DNA of 52,271 nt, taken from assembly GCF_006345805.1 (NCBI RefSeq), contig NW_021833941.1:1-52271 (forward strand), given 5' to 3'. Below, one piece after another: positions 11,175 through 23,420 of this stretch; the stretch's first letter is position 1, and the number at the start of each line of letters is the position of its first letter. The notes beneath the pieces were generated by a model. That model saw nothing but the letters and a program-made list of their open reading frames with translations. It was not told where the DNA came from and ran no database searches. The position numbers and the translations under genes were made by a program. This stretch comes from Octopus sinensis. Its lineage: Eukaryota.

Positions 11175-11470
11175 AAAAAGGCTGATTCTTTACTGAGAGA
11201 GAGGCTAACGCGAAGAGTTCGAGCGTACTATCGCGAGGGATATCCGCTCAAAAAACCATTTCGATTCGCAGGCGTCCCCTGTGAGTGTCGACATCCGAGA
11301 CCCGATCTCCTGGACGAAGCTAATTGTTTTTCCACCCAAGGAACCCGACGTCTCAACTGCGAATGGAAGGAATTTGTATTTCTCCACAAGTGAAGAATAC
11401 TTCCGCATCTTTCTGCATTCAGCAGTTGTGACGATTGATCCAGGGGCGGATGTGGACTTTTTGAACATTT
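11175..11470 (-). mobile_element. 5'-truncated CRE-like RLE fragment; partial copy at 52001-52271
   Basis: RKYSSL..FLPFAVETSG..WFFERISLAIVRSN, the C-terminus of the restriction-like endonuclease domain. Confidence 0.8.
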
Positions 11471-11939
11471 TGAAAATATTTTAATTTGTCGTATTGTTTG
11501 TAAAAGTTCCAGTCCTGTCGGCTAAAGATCCGTCAATATAGATATATAGATACGGGTGTTAAACTCAGAAAGGTTGATACTACTTGTATTTTATTAAGAG
11601 CGATCATAAATTGATAGAATAGTAGTAATTAATTTACAAGGACCTGGTTTGATCGTGTGTATGCCACCTTGACCTACAGAGTTCAATAATATTGGTAAGG
11701 ATATTCGGAAATTAATTCCACCTATTTCAGGGTTTCAATCATTACTTAAGCGCAAGTTTCGCTTTGAATACACTGTTTTCATAACAACACGAGAAACAAA
11801 TTATGCTTAAAACATCTTTGTTACTGACTGTGTAAAATTATCTTGAATTAATTTTCAGAAAAAGGCATTATTGGTTTTTGAGATAGAAGATTGACCTGAC
11901 TTTTATTAATAAATCATTTTTGATAATCAAAAATATATT

Positions 11940-11952
11940 ATTACTTGGCAAC
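11940..11952 (+). promoter_or_regulatory. Candidate RFX X-box (ATTACTTGGCAAC), with a CCAAT box downstream
   Basis: Perfect GGCAAC half-site 39 bp upstream of the VWA3A ATG. X-boxes are typical of ciliary genes. Motif match only. Confidence 0.35.
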
Positions 11953-11990
11953 CATTTCCAGTATTTTAGCTCGAAAGCTACGGCCAATAA

Positions 11991-14900
11991 ATGAATGAAC
12001 TGCTGGATCCTCTTCCCAATAAAATTGAATCTGGAATAGGGGGAATTTCTCTGAAAAATGATTTTCATATTGTATAGAATTATCATTAAATGTAATTAAG
12101 AACAAATCAATGATAATCAATGACAGGATGTCTTCTAAAGAATGGCTGGCAGTGAATGGACTCGAAAGTCTAAATTTGACACACGAAGACTTGATTTGTA
12201 AAAGCAAGGTGTCAAAGTAATTCGTTTTTTATAAAAATAGGCCATTTCTCAACGAATCGACGGGATCATTTGACCAAAAATTATTTTTAGATTCAACAGA
12301 AATTGCCGAATTTGAATATAAAATATTTTGGTAAAAAAACATGCATATTTAGTCAACTTCAAATATATGCCCAGCGAATCAAACTTCTTTTAAATGGAAG
12401 TCAAAAAGTCTATTTTAAAAACATTTTTTTAGTTTTTTGGATTCTTGAGAGGAAGCCGAATTGGAGTTGTAATTGACATTTCAGATTCGAGTTGTGGAAT
12501 GGTGCGTCTGAACGAATTAAAAAGTGCTATAATGGTTAGTTTTTCAAACATAACTCTTAGTATTTGGCAGACGAACAGTTTGTTGACAAAAAACAGTTAT
12601 TTTTATCTTCTGCAGGTACCGAAATCGAAAATTTATGGAAAATACCAAAATCTGTAAACTGTCACGTGTTTGAATTAATTTTTATTAAGTTTTTTTAGAA
12701 TTGATACTGTCAGATTATGGATATCAAATTTACAACCATCTGGGGGATTTAATCTTCTAAAGGCCCTCAGGAGTGTCATTAACATTTCTGGATTAGATGG
12801 TATCTACGTTGTAGTTGGAAGCAGGTATTGATCTTTTCAAACTGTTAGGCCTGACCAATCATTTGACTTTCTAAAACAGTACATCGAGCAAGTAACTGTT
12901 GGGAAAGACCTACGAATTAATTTCATTGTTTTCAATTCATCAGATATGTCACTTTTGGTATCAAACGTGATATCAGATTTTGTCAGAAATCTGTCGAGGA
13001 ATTAGCCAAGGTCACAAATGCAAGCTTTCACTGCTTTTCTTCTGAGGACCAGGTTGAAATGAACGATTCATATTGCCAGAATATACACGAACATAGCACA
13101 GAGATTCAACTTATACTTTCGGAAATCAAAAAAGGACAAAATTTCATTTCAGAAATAGACAAATTAAAAAATGAAATTTTTGAAAAAAGTTTTACTACAA
13201 TCTTAAATAATGTAAATTCAATTACCTTAGCCCTCTAGATTTCCAATAAAGTTAAAAAAATAAAATTGACCAAGTTTATGCCATGTCCGCCTCAGCATGA
13301 ATCATCTCTTAACTTTAAGGAGTTGGCTAAAATTGCGCCCACCATTAGCCAATGGTTGGCAGAAAATAATCTTAAAAGTTGACTTATTCTTGTTTATTTC
13401 TGACAGCCAAAAGACTTGATATTTATCAGATACTACAGCACAACTCATACAAATACGCTGAAGAATTTGTGACATCGATATCCAAAAAAGTTTACTCGCA
13501 AGTACACGAAGTAAGTGATACGTGAGGGCACGTTTGTATTTTTAGAAAGCTATGATTCAGCTGCCTTGGTGGAATGGGACGATCAGAAATATTCATGTAG
13601 ACCTACCAGAATTGTTTGAATATCAAAAAAAGCTCGCCTGTGTTGTGGAAACTTACAGAAAAAAATTGGAGACGATGCTTCAATCGAGCTACAAGTTATT
13701 TGGAACTATTATTGAAAAAAAGTAGCATTATTATTAAATATTTAAGTGTTGTTTTTTTGGTTGACTTGTCTATGATGAACTATAATTATTTGGTGCACAT
13801 ACAACATTCCCTTAGACTAGTTTTGGAAGAACAGTTGCTAGGGAGAAAATTTTTTAACATTATTGGGTAAATATTAAATTAATTTGTTAATATTATTGAC
13901 TAAATATATATTTAAATAATAGGTTCGGGTCTTCGGTACAAGCTTTTTCTCAAAATATGGTAAAAGTAACTCACAAAAATTTGCAAATAGCCTGGAGGTA
14001 TTACTGATGAAAATCATATTTAGATGGGTTCTACAACTAGAATGCAGCGGAAGTAGGAATTTGTTGCCCGCCCTGAGACATATTTCAGAAAATATGGACA
14101 AATTAGAATCGAATCTTGGTTATTATATTGAGAGTTATCAATCAGGAATATATTTTCTGGGCAGTGGAGTACCAAATCAGCCGGTGGAAGTAATCAAGGC
14201 GTTTTTCGAAGAAATTTGCATTAATGGGCGAATAGTCTTGCATGCCTCATTATACACAATTGACCAAAATCAGGAGAAGGGACCGACTCCAAGTCGATAC
14301 GCAGGAATTGACGAAACGGCCGACATCTATCGAGATCTTGCACACTGTACATGTGGAAGATTCCATTGGTTTGGAGAAAAAGGTTGTTTTTGAAATGAAC
14401 TAAGAAAGGAGTTATTGAAAGTGACGACATAATAATGGTCACAAAGGAAATAGAAAAGGCGGTTGAATATTCCTCGAAGTGTTCTTGGTTAGCAGAACAA
14501 GTCAAGTTAAAGTATCCAAAAGTTAGTTTAAGTAAAAAATATGAATAGCTTGAAGATGAGACTAAAATGGTCAAGGCTGCAAAACTCGTCATGCCACAAG
14601 AAGTGAAATTTCAGCACACAGTCACGTCGGCGGCCAGAAAGGTTAGTTTGGGTTTATAATGAGAAACTAAGCAATTAAGTGAAATTAAAAGAAATTTAAA
14701 TTCTAAAAATTCAGAATATTCAAAAATAAAAAATGTTGATTCTTCAGTACAAATTGTGAAAAAAAGTTTAGCATTATTTATTAATATTTTAGTTGATAAT
14801 ATTTATTTTCGGAATAAAAAAGGCAGCTCAAGTTTAAAAAGTTCAAAAAGTGACTTTTTTGTATACCTAATATAGATTCAAACTCGATTATAAATGTTCT

Positions 14901-16108
14901 TAAATATAAATTTAAAAAACTTACAGAAAAAATACCGAAGTTAGAAATTTCAACGACTTCTGCACAAGTGCAACATTACTTTAATTCTTTATTTAGTGGC
15001 TCTCCAAGTATTCCCTACAAAAGTGTGGTTTGAACTTTGAAGACCTTCTTATTACAACCGGGAACAGACACAAAATCGACTTAGTCGAAATCACTAAAAA
15101 GATGGTCGAATCAAGGTCAGAACTGTCTTTCTCTAATATTCAGACATTGCGAGTATTCCCCGGTGATCACAGTCAAAGGAAATCTTCAACATTTTAACTT
15201 ACTTGCCAATGAATTAGACAATTATATTCTGATAGTTGTCGCTTTTTTAAGACGGTACATCAAACGAATGTTATGGATACTGAATGGTCTTGTATCTAAA
15301 TAATTGACATACTAGACAGCCGGGAAGTTTTTGGTACGATTGCTGAAAAAAATGCAGTTTTTTTAATTGACACATCTGGGTCCATGGTGACAGAAATGAA
15401 GGCTTTAAGACAATCTTTGGAAGCTCTTATTTGGAAGCAGTTAAAGCAACGGGAAGGTGGGCGATATACTTTTGTCGCCTTTGCTGATAACAACAGAAAA
15501 TGGAGAAAAGAACTTATGGAATTTAGCCAGGAAAACTGCCAAGATGCCAGTTTGTGGTGCTCTTCTCTTAATGCGTTGGGAAATACAAACATTGAACGAA
15601 ATTTGGCAGTAAATATATAATTTTCTAAATAATCAGGATTGTATGGCTATTCCGAACGTCGAGGCAATATATTTGATCACTGACAAGACCTCTATCGAGG
15701 AGAGTGACTATTTGAGTCAAATTTTGACGGAAAATTGCATCAAAATACACGTGATATCCTTTTATCGGAATTATAAGCAAAGGTTATTCAAAAAAGTAAT
15801 GTCAAGTTATGGAACTCTACCTCTGACTCATTTGACTTGGAAAACACAAGGCAACTATCACATAAACATGAATTATACATTTATTAGGAAAACGTTGCAT
15901 AGATTATTAAAGGATGAATACAATGACCCGATTGTTTGCGTTTATGTAATCAAATTTAAGGAACCAAAGATAGAAATACCTGAAAGCACTGATTTGCAGT
16001 TGTTGGGAGCCGAGATTCAGAAATGTCGCGATTATATATATAGAGCAAAAGAATTAAGGTTCGGTTATACCTTAATCTTATTTCAGAAATTTATATACTA
16101 ATAAATAA
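11991..16108 (+). CDS. VWA3A: von Willebrand factor A domain-containing protein 3A, multi-exon with short introns
   Basis: SSKEWLAVNGLE; RIGVVIDIS; KAMIQLPWWNGTIRNIHVD; HIQHSLRLVLEEQL; RWVLQLECSGSRNLL; GRFHWFGEKG; VFLIDTSGSM..LIWKQL; DLQLLGAEIQKCR are collinear with vertebrate VWA3A. The exact start and stop are hand-spliced. Confidence 0.9.
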
Positions 16109-16649
16109 CTGTATAAATAACAACATTTTCTCTTTTTTTACCTTATAGCCCGGTGATCCTGAGATAGCAATAAATAATTAAAACTATATATTAAGTGAAA
16201 GTGGCCGGCCTGAGCGAGATGTCACCATGTCGTTTACATCTTGCGCTAGGGCTATTTACGATTACGACGATATATTAAGTACTACTCTCGCTTAGCCGAT
16301 ATTCAAGAGCCAACCAATTTAAACATGCTATAATATAAGTGGTTTGTAACCTTAATAGGTCATTTGAATTTTTATTAGACTTTTTTCACAAGTCATTAAT
16401 AGTTGCTAAAGTTTTTGATAAAATCAAACCTGTTAAAAGGTAGGCCCAGAATTGCATGCTTAACGAAGTTTAGTACGCTTTTCCTTAGAGAGAAAAAATA
16501 AATTAAATCAACAGACCGAAAGTTGGTTAAATTAATTATCCTGTATGTAAAAACGATTGATTAAATGATTAGTTGTGGGAAGATTCTAGAAATAAGTTTC
16601 TTTGATTTGGTGTGTAGATAAAACGGTTAAACAATGGGCAAAAGTTAGA

Positions 16650-16745
16650 TGCTAGCTATAGTAGGTAGCTGAGAAAGTAGTCAAGAACCTGAGAGTGAGC
16701 TCAATGACGCCGCACTGCGTATTGAATGGCAGTTTCTGCGAGGCA
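16650..16745 (+). mobile_element. Short diverged LINE-like coding remnant with an inverted homologue at ~38150-38260
   Basis: EKVVKNLRVSSMTPHCVL versus EKVVESLRISSRTPHCIL, with synonymous third-position differences. Resembles the L2/CR1-group STPNCILYGE region. Confidence 0.4.
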
Positions 16746-17161
16746 TGGCGTGTAGATAAAATATTTTCTTAAGAAGAATTTAGCTTGGATTAGTGATTTT
16801 AATTCCTGTGTAAAATAGAAAAAAATAAAAACAAGTGAATCGTCAATCCTGAGATCCCAGGCTTGGCTAGGGATCTCCTTTTTAGCTTACATCTTATGGC
16901 TTTTCGATAAATGATGGAGGAGTTCGCCTTATTGCAGTCGGTAACATCTTCCGGAGATTCGTACCCAAAATTTCCGCCCAAAGAGCCTGTCCCCATATTT
17001 TTGCTGAATTATCTCCAGTTCAACTGGAATTTTGTGTTCTCAACGGATGTGAAGCCGCTGTCCACGCGACAAGAGATTTTTCACCCGACGCAAGGCATTC
17101 CCCGAACACCTTCGGTGTGAAGTTGGATAACTCAAACGCGTTTAACAATCTGAAAGAGACT

Positions 17162-17210
17162 GTTATCTAAATGAGTTATCTAAATGAGTTATCTAAATGA
17201 GTTATCTAAA
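17162..17210. repeat. 13-bp tandem repeat (GTTATCTAAATGA)x3.8, next to a minus-strand LINE-like remnant (17202-17450)
   Basis: Directly visible. Possibly a slippage-derived LINE 3' tail. Confidence 0.85.
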
Positions 17211-18120
17211 ATTGTTCCTGTCCTGGTAAAAATGATAGTCAACACCAAAAAAACATAATCTCAGTACAAGACTTTGGTTTAGTAATATAGAATATTTTGG
17301 GAATCTTTGGCAGGCATAAAACAAACACACTCCAATGATGTTTATTTTTTCAAGTGTCCTTTCTGGGAGTCCAAATTGCAAAACCACCCCAAAGTTTAGA
17401 CTGTCGAAATTTTCCGTTTTCTAACGCCTTTCTTTACATGAATCCCACAAGGGCATTTTCCTCTTCAAAAATTGCATCCACGTACCTAAATTATTATACT
17501 TATTGAGATGGTCGCCTTGCTACATACAATATAAAATATTGCCTTCTACCGACAATACGTTAAGATTGTGTACCGGGTCGATCCAAAAAAAATTTTTTCA
17601 GTAAAATGGGTGGTCGCAATGTAAACTAACACTTAATTCTGGCGGAAGTGGTTTAAGATCTGCCCGATTTTGCTGTCATCTCACTTATCCTGCCGAAGGC
17701 TATCTTTTTGCGGAGGCTCGACCAGCACCGCCTTGCCTGTTTACGCTCTGCAGCTGTGCAAAACAGCGGATTGTGGCTGAATGCTATGCCAATAGCTGGC
17801 CTCGAAACTTTATTAGAGGATAACTAGATGCGTATCGGTACTGCACTGAGATTAAAATTTTACATCTAAGAACAAAATCGTTTTAGATGTAGAAAAATGG
17901 TTGACGTCAAAGATGTCCACTCACTCTTTTGCAAACAAATTCCTGGGCAAGCTCCTCGGCACTCCGCTGTTAACAATGTAATCTTACGAGCTTTTGAGTC
18001 AGCGGGCTTCCCTTCAGTGCTAGAGCCAGTGGCTCTATACCATTTTCAAGTCAATTTGTCAATTACAAACTTCAATGTCATCTGCAGTTGCAATTAGAAC
18101 TTTGTAATTGTAAATTTGAG

Positions 18121-18687
18121 TTTTTTTTATTTTTTTTATTTTTTTTCTCAATTTATCATTCTGTGTTAATTAAACTAATCTAGGCTAGTTCTCCGCGGCT
18201 GACGACATAATCGAATAGGCATTGCCGCGAACAACGGCCAAACCTATTCTTTGTCGAAGCCAGGTTGGTTCCCTCCAATCGTTTTTTACATGAGCAATTT
18301 TTCGTCCGATTTCTTTAAGGAATGACTCAGTTACAGTTCCTGTGACACCCGAAGTCTCGACTGCCACAGGAACAAAGCGGTACGAATCCCCGATTGTGGA
18401 ATATTTGGCAATTTTTGCTTTTTCAGCAAAGTTAGCGGCCGATCCAGGTGAACGCAAGGAAATGTTGATGTTCTTTCGAGTGAAAGTGTCCACGCATGTC
18501 GAGTCCCAAACTAGTGGTTTACCTCCAGAGTAGGGGAAAAGAGTCACTCCATCTGGCCTTCTCCCATCATTACGGTTAAGACCCGCAGGTTCCAGTCTTG
18601 CTGGGAATCCTGCTGCCTCTAGGGCACGTCGTATCACATCATTCAATGCGGCATGTCGAGGGGTTCGACCTGCACTTCTTCCGCAGG
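18121..18687 (-). mobile_element. 5'-truncated CRE-like insertion with a 7-bp TSD and A-rich tail
   Basis: TSD ATTTGAG at 18114-18120 and 18688-18694. Tail T-run at 18121-18147. Confidence 0.8.
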
Positions 18688-18709
18688 ATTTGAGCTTTGC
18701 AGATGACAT
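18185..18709 (-). CDS. 174-aa stand-alone restriction-like endonuclease (PD-(D/E)xK) ORF; its ATG is supplied by the MITE repeat
   Basis: RHAALNDVI, RRPDG, LVWDSTC, KIAKY, FVPVAVETSG and RQRIGLAVVRGN are all intact. The first codons (ATGTCATCTGCA) are MITE sequence. Confidence 0.6.
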   Translation of the reverse strand: MSSAKLKSCGRSAGRTPRHAALNDVIRRALEAAGFPARLEPAGLNRNDGRRPDGVTLFPYSGGKPLVWDSTCVDTFTRKNINISLRSPGSAANFAEKAKIAKYSTIGDSYRFVPVAVETSGVTGTVTESFLKEIGRKIAHVKNDWREPTWLRQRIGLAVVRGNAYSIMSSAAEN

Positions 18710-19204
18710 TTGAAGTTTGTAATTGATAAATTGAATTATGCAGATGACATTTGAGGTTTATAATTGACAAATTGACTTTAAGATGGGAAAAGACCCGATG
18801 GGATGACCACTCTTCCTTACTCCTGTGGGAATTCGTTGGTTTGGGATTTAACGTTTGTTGACATCCATTAGAAAACTAACATAGTCTTTTCTGCTGTTTC
18901 TCCGGGTTCTGCAATAGAGGCTGCAGCTAATAGAAAAATTGTCAAATATGTAAATCTTGGACAACGGTGTCGCTTCAGTCTTATTTGGGATAACCGGTTC
19001 TCTAACGATTTCTTTCATCAAAGAAGTCTGAGGAAAAGCCGCTATGCGACGTAGGGAGACTCGGGAAGTGTTATGGTTGTTTCAAAAATTGAAATAGGTG
19101 TCATTCGCGGGAATGCACGCTCCATCAAGCGTGTAGCCGCATGTGCATTTTGACCGTGCTCTTTTTTCCATTATAATAAAAAAATAGGATTATCTTGCTA
19201 AAAT

Positions 19205-21845
19205 CGGAATGGACATGGATTTGAAATCAATAACCACTATGCCAAGATAATTCACAAATGCTGGAGGATCATTCACGGAATATCAGTCTTACAACTAAGG
19301 TTGGGGAAAACGCTTTTGAATACCATTAACGCGTATAGACCAGCAATGGATATAGCAATGAAATGTCCTAAAGAAGTCAAACATTTTTACTCGAATCTCG
19401 GCATGACTGTAGGCGACATACGTGCTTCTCTTCTAATTTCCTTGGAGGTAACTGGAATGCAAAAGCGAGAACACGTCGTAAGAATGAAAATTTTATCGGA
19501 GCTCATAGTAGAGGAACAAGGAACTCAAATGGCGCAGGTTTGGCAGACTTCTACAGTCCATTAAATCTTTTTTTTGTGCAACATGGCATTTCAACATCCA
19601 GCAAGTCATATGACGACGTGGATGGGACGAAGACAAAACCAGAATGGGGCGATTTTACAATTGATTACATCATCTGTCGAAGTAATCTCAAATGCATGCT
19701 GATAGACTCACAATTTTACAAAGACAAACTTCTATCGAGTGACCATAAGGCCATTGTCTCTCAATTTAACCTTTATTTATGTCAAAATGTGATTAAAAGA
19801 AAAAACGAGAAACATTTCTTTTCAAGACTGTCCGCGGAAAACTTACATGCAAACGATGCTACGCGCAATAGATTTAGGAAGAAAGTCGACAAATTTGTCT
19901 CAAAATTAAATTCCAAATATCCACCTGATGATTGTTGGACTTTAATCTCAAACATAATTAAAAACATCAAGATCATAGAAAAATTTTAGACTTATAGAAA
20001 TACAAAGCGTATAAATATGAAAATAAAACTAAAATATAAGATGAACTCCATTTTAAGAAATATAAAGAGTAAAATACGCCTGTTCTATCAAGATTACTTG
20101 AGCAGTACGCCAGAGAAGTTGAACAGTTCAATTAGCTCACTTGCTCATTAGTTATGCGACATACTAAACGGCATATTTATGACACATACAGACGTTTCAC
20201 TTGGACAAGGAGTCCTAATTCTTGTACAGAAATTAAGGAAGCTGGTTGGACCGGTAGACAATCTCAGACCTATAATTCTCTTAATATCTCCATAAAAACT
20301 ACTGTCGTTGATTGTTCTTCACAGAATATCTCCTACCGTAAACAAATTCTTGTCTGTGCGACAAAGTGGGTTTAGAAGAAGGAGGTCAAAAGCGGATATT
20401 GTCTGGACACACAAATGGGTGTGTGCCATGACACCGAGGTTCAGTAAGACAGTTTACATACAGGATATAGATCTATCCAAAGCGTTTGACACTATTCGCA
20501 GAGAAAAGCTTATTCAGGTATTAAAAACATTGTTAAATGAGGACAGTTTGAGAATGATATGTATCCTACTTGCAAACACTAAAATAGAGGTGTGGGTTAA
20601 CTCGGATCACTCTTGTAAGTTCAAAGCACACATTGGCACTCCACAAGGCGACTCCTTATCTCCGATCCTAATTGTTATCTACCTGGAAACTGCTCTCCGT
20701 GATCTGACAGCTAAAATTGACCTGACCTGTATAATTGAATTAATAAATGCGGACGACATAGATTTTGTTTTAAAAGACCTGAATGACATCAGGATTGCAC
20801 TTAACCACGGTCCTTGAGTATTTGGAGAGTAGTTAAGTAGTTCAAAATGAACAAAAATTTCATCACAATCAAACAAGAAAATAAATTTACTGACGAAATA
20901 TGATGGAGATCAAGAAAAAACGAGTCACTGTTTGGTGACTGAGAAGATATTCAACGAAGAAAAATTTTGGCACTGAAGAGGCTAAAATCGAGATGATGAG
21001 TTACGCACAACTCTCACATCTCGTAAAAGTACGTTTGTACAATGCTTTTATCCTGCCAATTTTACTGTACAACTAAATCAGAAATGTGTTGAAAATCTCA
21101 ACGCTTTTCACAGGAAATAAATTAACTAAATCCTCCTTGATCGCACTAACCGCAAAAAATATTCTCAACAATCACCCCCCAAAAATAAACGCAACTGAAA
21201 ACGATCTCAGCCGCAAAGATCGGGTCGAACTCGCAAGATTTCGCTGTGGGTATCACCCTTTACTCCTCGATTAGCAAAACAAACTGGATGAGGACGTCGA
21301 TCCGTCCTGTTCAATCTGCCATGACGGACGACACACAGTAACGCACGTCGTCTTGGATTGTAATAATCTCACAGAGATAAGAAGATCTTATAAAATTAAC
21401 TCCCTCCTTAACTTATAGTGTGACCCTAAGAGGTCTGTCGGTTTTCTTCGTGCCGCATTCCTCCCAATTTAAGGGGGGAATGTGGTTAAATAAATAGATC
21501 ATTTTTAGAAATACACTATCCGGGTAAAATCAAGAGCCAAGACTTATACTTCGTTTCCAAATCAGAACACTCAGAGATATTTGTTAATAATACCCGATGG
21601 GAACTCTTCGGACACATACTACGGATGGATCCCTCTGTTCCCGCTAATGATATCATGGAAATATACTCTCAGGAAGGCAACGAACGACACTACCACTGAT
21701 AAAATAATGACCTAAAGCATGTCGGACTATTACTTGAAAATGCAGACGATCGAGACAGCCTTAGAAAAATTTCAATCTCAAGAAGAGCGTGGAGGTGTCT
21801 AACAGACCAAATCGTACAGGGTGTAGCACATAGGATGAAAGGATT
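19205..21845 (+). mobile_element. Degenerate RTE-like LINE (APE + RT), many frameshifts
   Basis: DYIICR..SDHKAIV; QSGFRRRRSKADIVWTHKW; DLSKAFDTI; GTPQGDSLSP; ADDIDF; RWELFGHILRMD. Confidence 0.9.
21123..21487 (+). mobile_element. 3' stub of an I-group (Vingi/Ingi-like) LINE inserted in the RTE
   Basis: LSRKDRVELARFRCGYHP..CSIC..HTVTH..C zinc knuckle. TSD AAATAAAT at 21115-21122 and 21488-21495. The RTE frame resumes afterwards. Confidence 0.75.
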
Positions 21846-21899
21846 AGTTAGTTAGTTACCCCGACCTCTCTAGCTTGTACATACTCTACAAACCATTAA

Positions 21900-23420
21900 T
21901 TCTTTGTTGTGATCTAAAGATAATTCCACAGAAAGAAGAAACTGTGATTAAAATTATGGATGCTATTGTTGAATACTTCAAAGTTGCGCTTAAGATAAAT
22001 TCTTAGAACTCTGCAATTAATCTAGAATCATTGGAGAACTGCAAAACTCTAGATGGAGTCGAAAGTTATCGATATTTAGGAGTTCTGGAAGATCAGGGAT
22101 GCATCGTACAAAAACAAAAAGTGCCGGAGACAATTCTCGAGAATGCTAAAAAAATTACTGAACTAATGAAGACAAAAACAAACTCTGCGAACCTTTTCAA
22201 AGAAATCAATGATTATGCCATGTCACTATAAAGTTACTATTGGATTAAACAATATTGAATTTTGAATTTGATGATATTGATCTCCAAACACGAAAAATAT
22301 TTACTACACAAAAAATACACATGAAGCAAACCAAAAAAGCGGCTGTACCTTTCAAGAAAGAGCATGGGAAGGGAGTTGACGTCAATTGCTTTCAAGAGTG
22401 AATTAATGCTGCTTTAGTTCTTGGACACCTTGGAAAAGAAGTCGGCTATCTGCCCCAGGAGGTCGGGGATCCTGTGGGTATGACGACGATCGCAGGATTT
22501 CTTGCTTCTAAATATTGAATGGCTGCCAATCCCTAAGAATGGCTAATGTGCAATATTTATCGAACAAAGTTAAAAACAAATCATTTCATTCTGTCTTGTT
22601 CAGATATGAAGAGGATTCAAATGTGATCTCAGAATGTCTAGTGAGTGGTTAGACAAAGGGAACAATACATCAAGGAATAAAGTTTTTTATTTCCTCTTGC
22701 AAGATAAAAATTTGTTCTTCTCTACGCGTGGTGCACTATGTGATCATTGCAAGAAAACTAAGACAGTAAACCGCATGGCTGCGCAGTGCAACAGAATGCT
22801 AAACACTGACTATCTGAGAAGGCCCAATGCATTCATTTGCACGTTTGCAAACAGTTTGGAGTTAAGAAAACTGGGAAGTTAAAGTCCATTCGATACAGTC
22901 TAGTTTATCAAATCCAGATGTCGTGATACGGGTGCATCAATATTGACAGATACTCAAGTTCAGTTCAATAAGCTCGATATCGATACTCAAATTCAGTACA
23001 AGTTGAAGAATGAGATTAAAATAATTGAAGTGTGAATTACATCGCAGAAAAGATTCAAGCAAGCTGAAGTGGAAAAAAATGCATAAATACGATCTTCTGG
23101 CTGGGAAACTAAAGATACTTTACGGGGCACCTGTAAAGATTATTCCAATTGTGCTGACATATGACGGGGTGACGTGTTACAAATCCTATATGAAAAAAAT
23201 TATCTGTTCAAGACTCGACGAAAACATACATTCAGGGACTTGTGATGAAGACACTAGAAAGCATGGTGGTGAAGCATAGGTATGCCATTAATTTATTACG
23301 ACAGCCAGCCAGTTGGTTAAAATTACAAACAAATTTTGCAAAGAGCCCCCGGATGAATCAAATAGCCAAATTATAAATGATTCAGAGCATGAAAGTGAAA
23401 GCGCGAATAGTGAGTAGGTA
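21900..23420 (+). mobile_element. Degenerate R4/Dong-like RLE non-LTR retrotransposon fragment
   Basis: SYRYLGVLED; NLFKEINDYAMS; LLQDKNLF..CDHCKKTKTV..QCNRMLNTDYLRR; KYDLLAG..KIIPIVLTYDG. Confidence 0.8.

Larger units (their letters stand above)
1..11445 (+). repeat. Copy A of a >=10.9-kb direct repeat (period ~41.3 kb)
   Basis: Window start GAAGCACATCACCCCG recurs at 41336. ORF tracks are identical at offset 41335 up to ~4.4 kb, then at offset 40825/40826 after two large indels. Confidence 0.98.
18038..18788. mobile_element. Foldback MITE of the TACCATTT family with 41-bp subrepeats, inserted in a CRE and itself containing a CRE insertion
   Basis: Left end TA|TACCATTTTCAAGTCAATTTG closely matches the 35178 element end. 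One inverted and three direct 41-bp units (TGCAGATGACATTTGAAGTTTGTAATTGATAAATTGAATTA). Right terminus degenerate. Confidence 0.75.
16845..19185 (+). mobile_element. Degenerate CRE-clade non-LTR retrotransposon (RT + RLE), interrupted by nested insertions
   Basis: RT: DGGVRLIAVGNIFRR..QLEFCVLNGCEAAVHATR..VKLDNSNAFN (16870-17160). RLE: SGLWLNAMP..TLLEDN..RHSAVNNVI..EPVAL (17700-18035), resuming DGKRPDGMTTLPY..LVWD (18781 onward). A-rich tail at ~19175. Confidence 0.85.

Noticed and set aside
11868-12207. Minus-strand ORFs upstream of or within VWA3A
   Set aside because: They overlap VWA3A exons 1-2 in antisense and show no independent homology.
16148-16168. GCCCGGTGATCCTGAG resembles the 5' end of tRNA-Sec
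   Set aside because: The similarity stops after ~16 nt and no cloverleaf forms.
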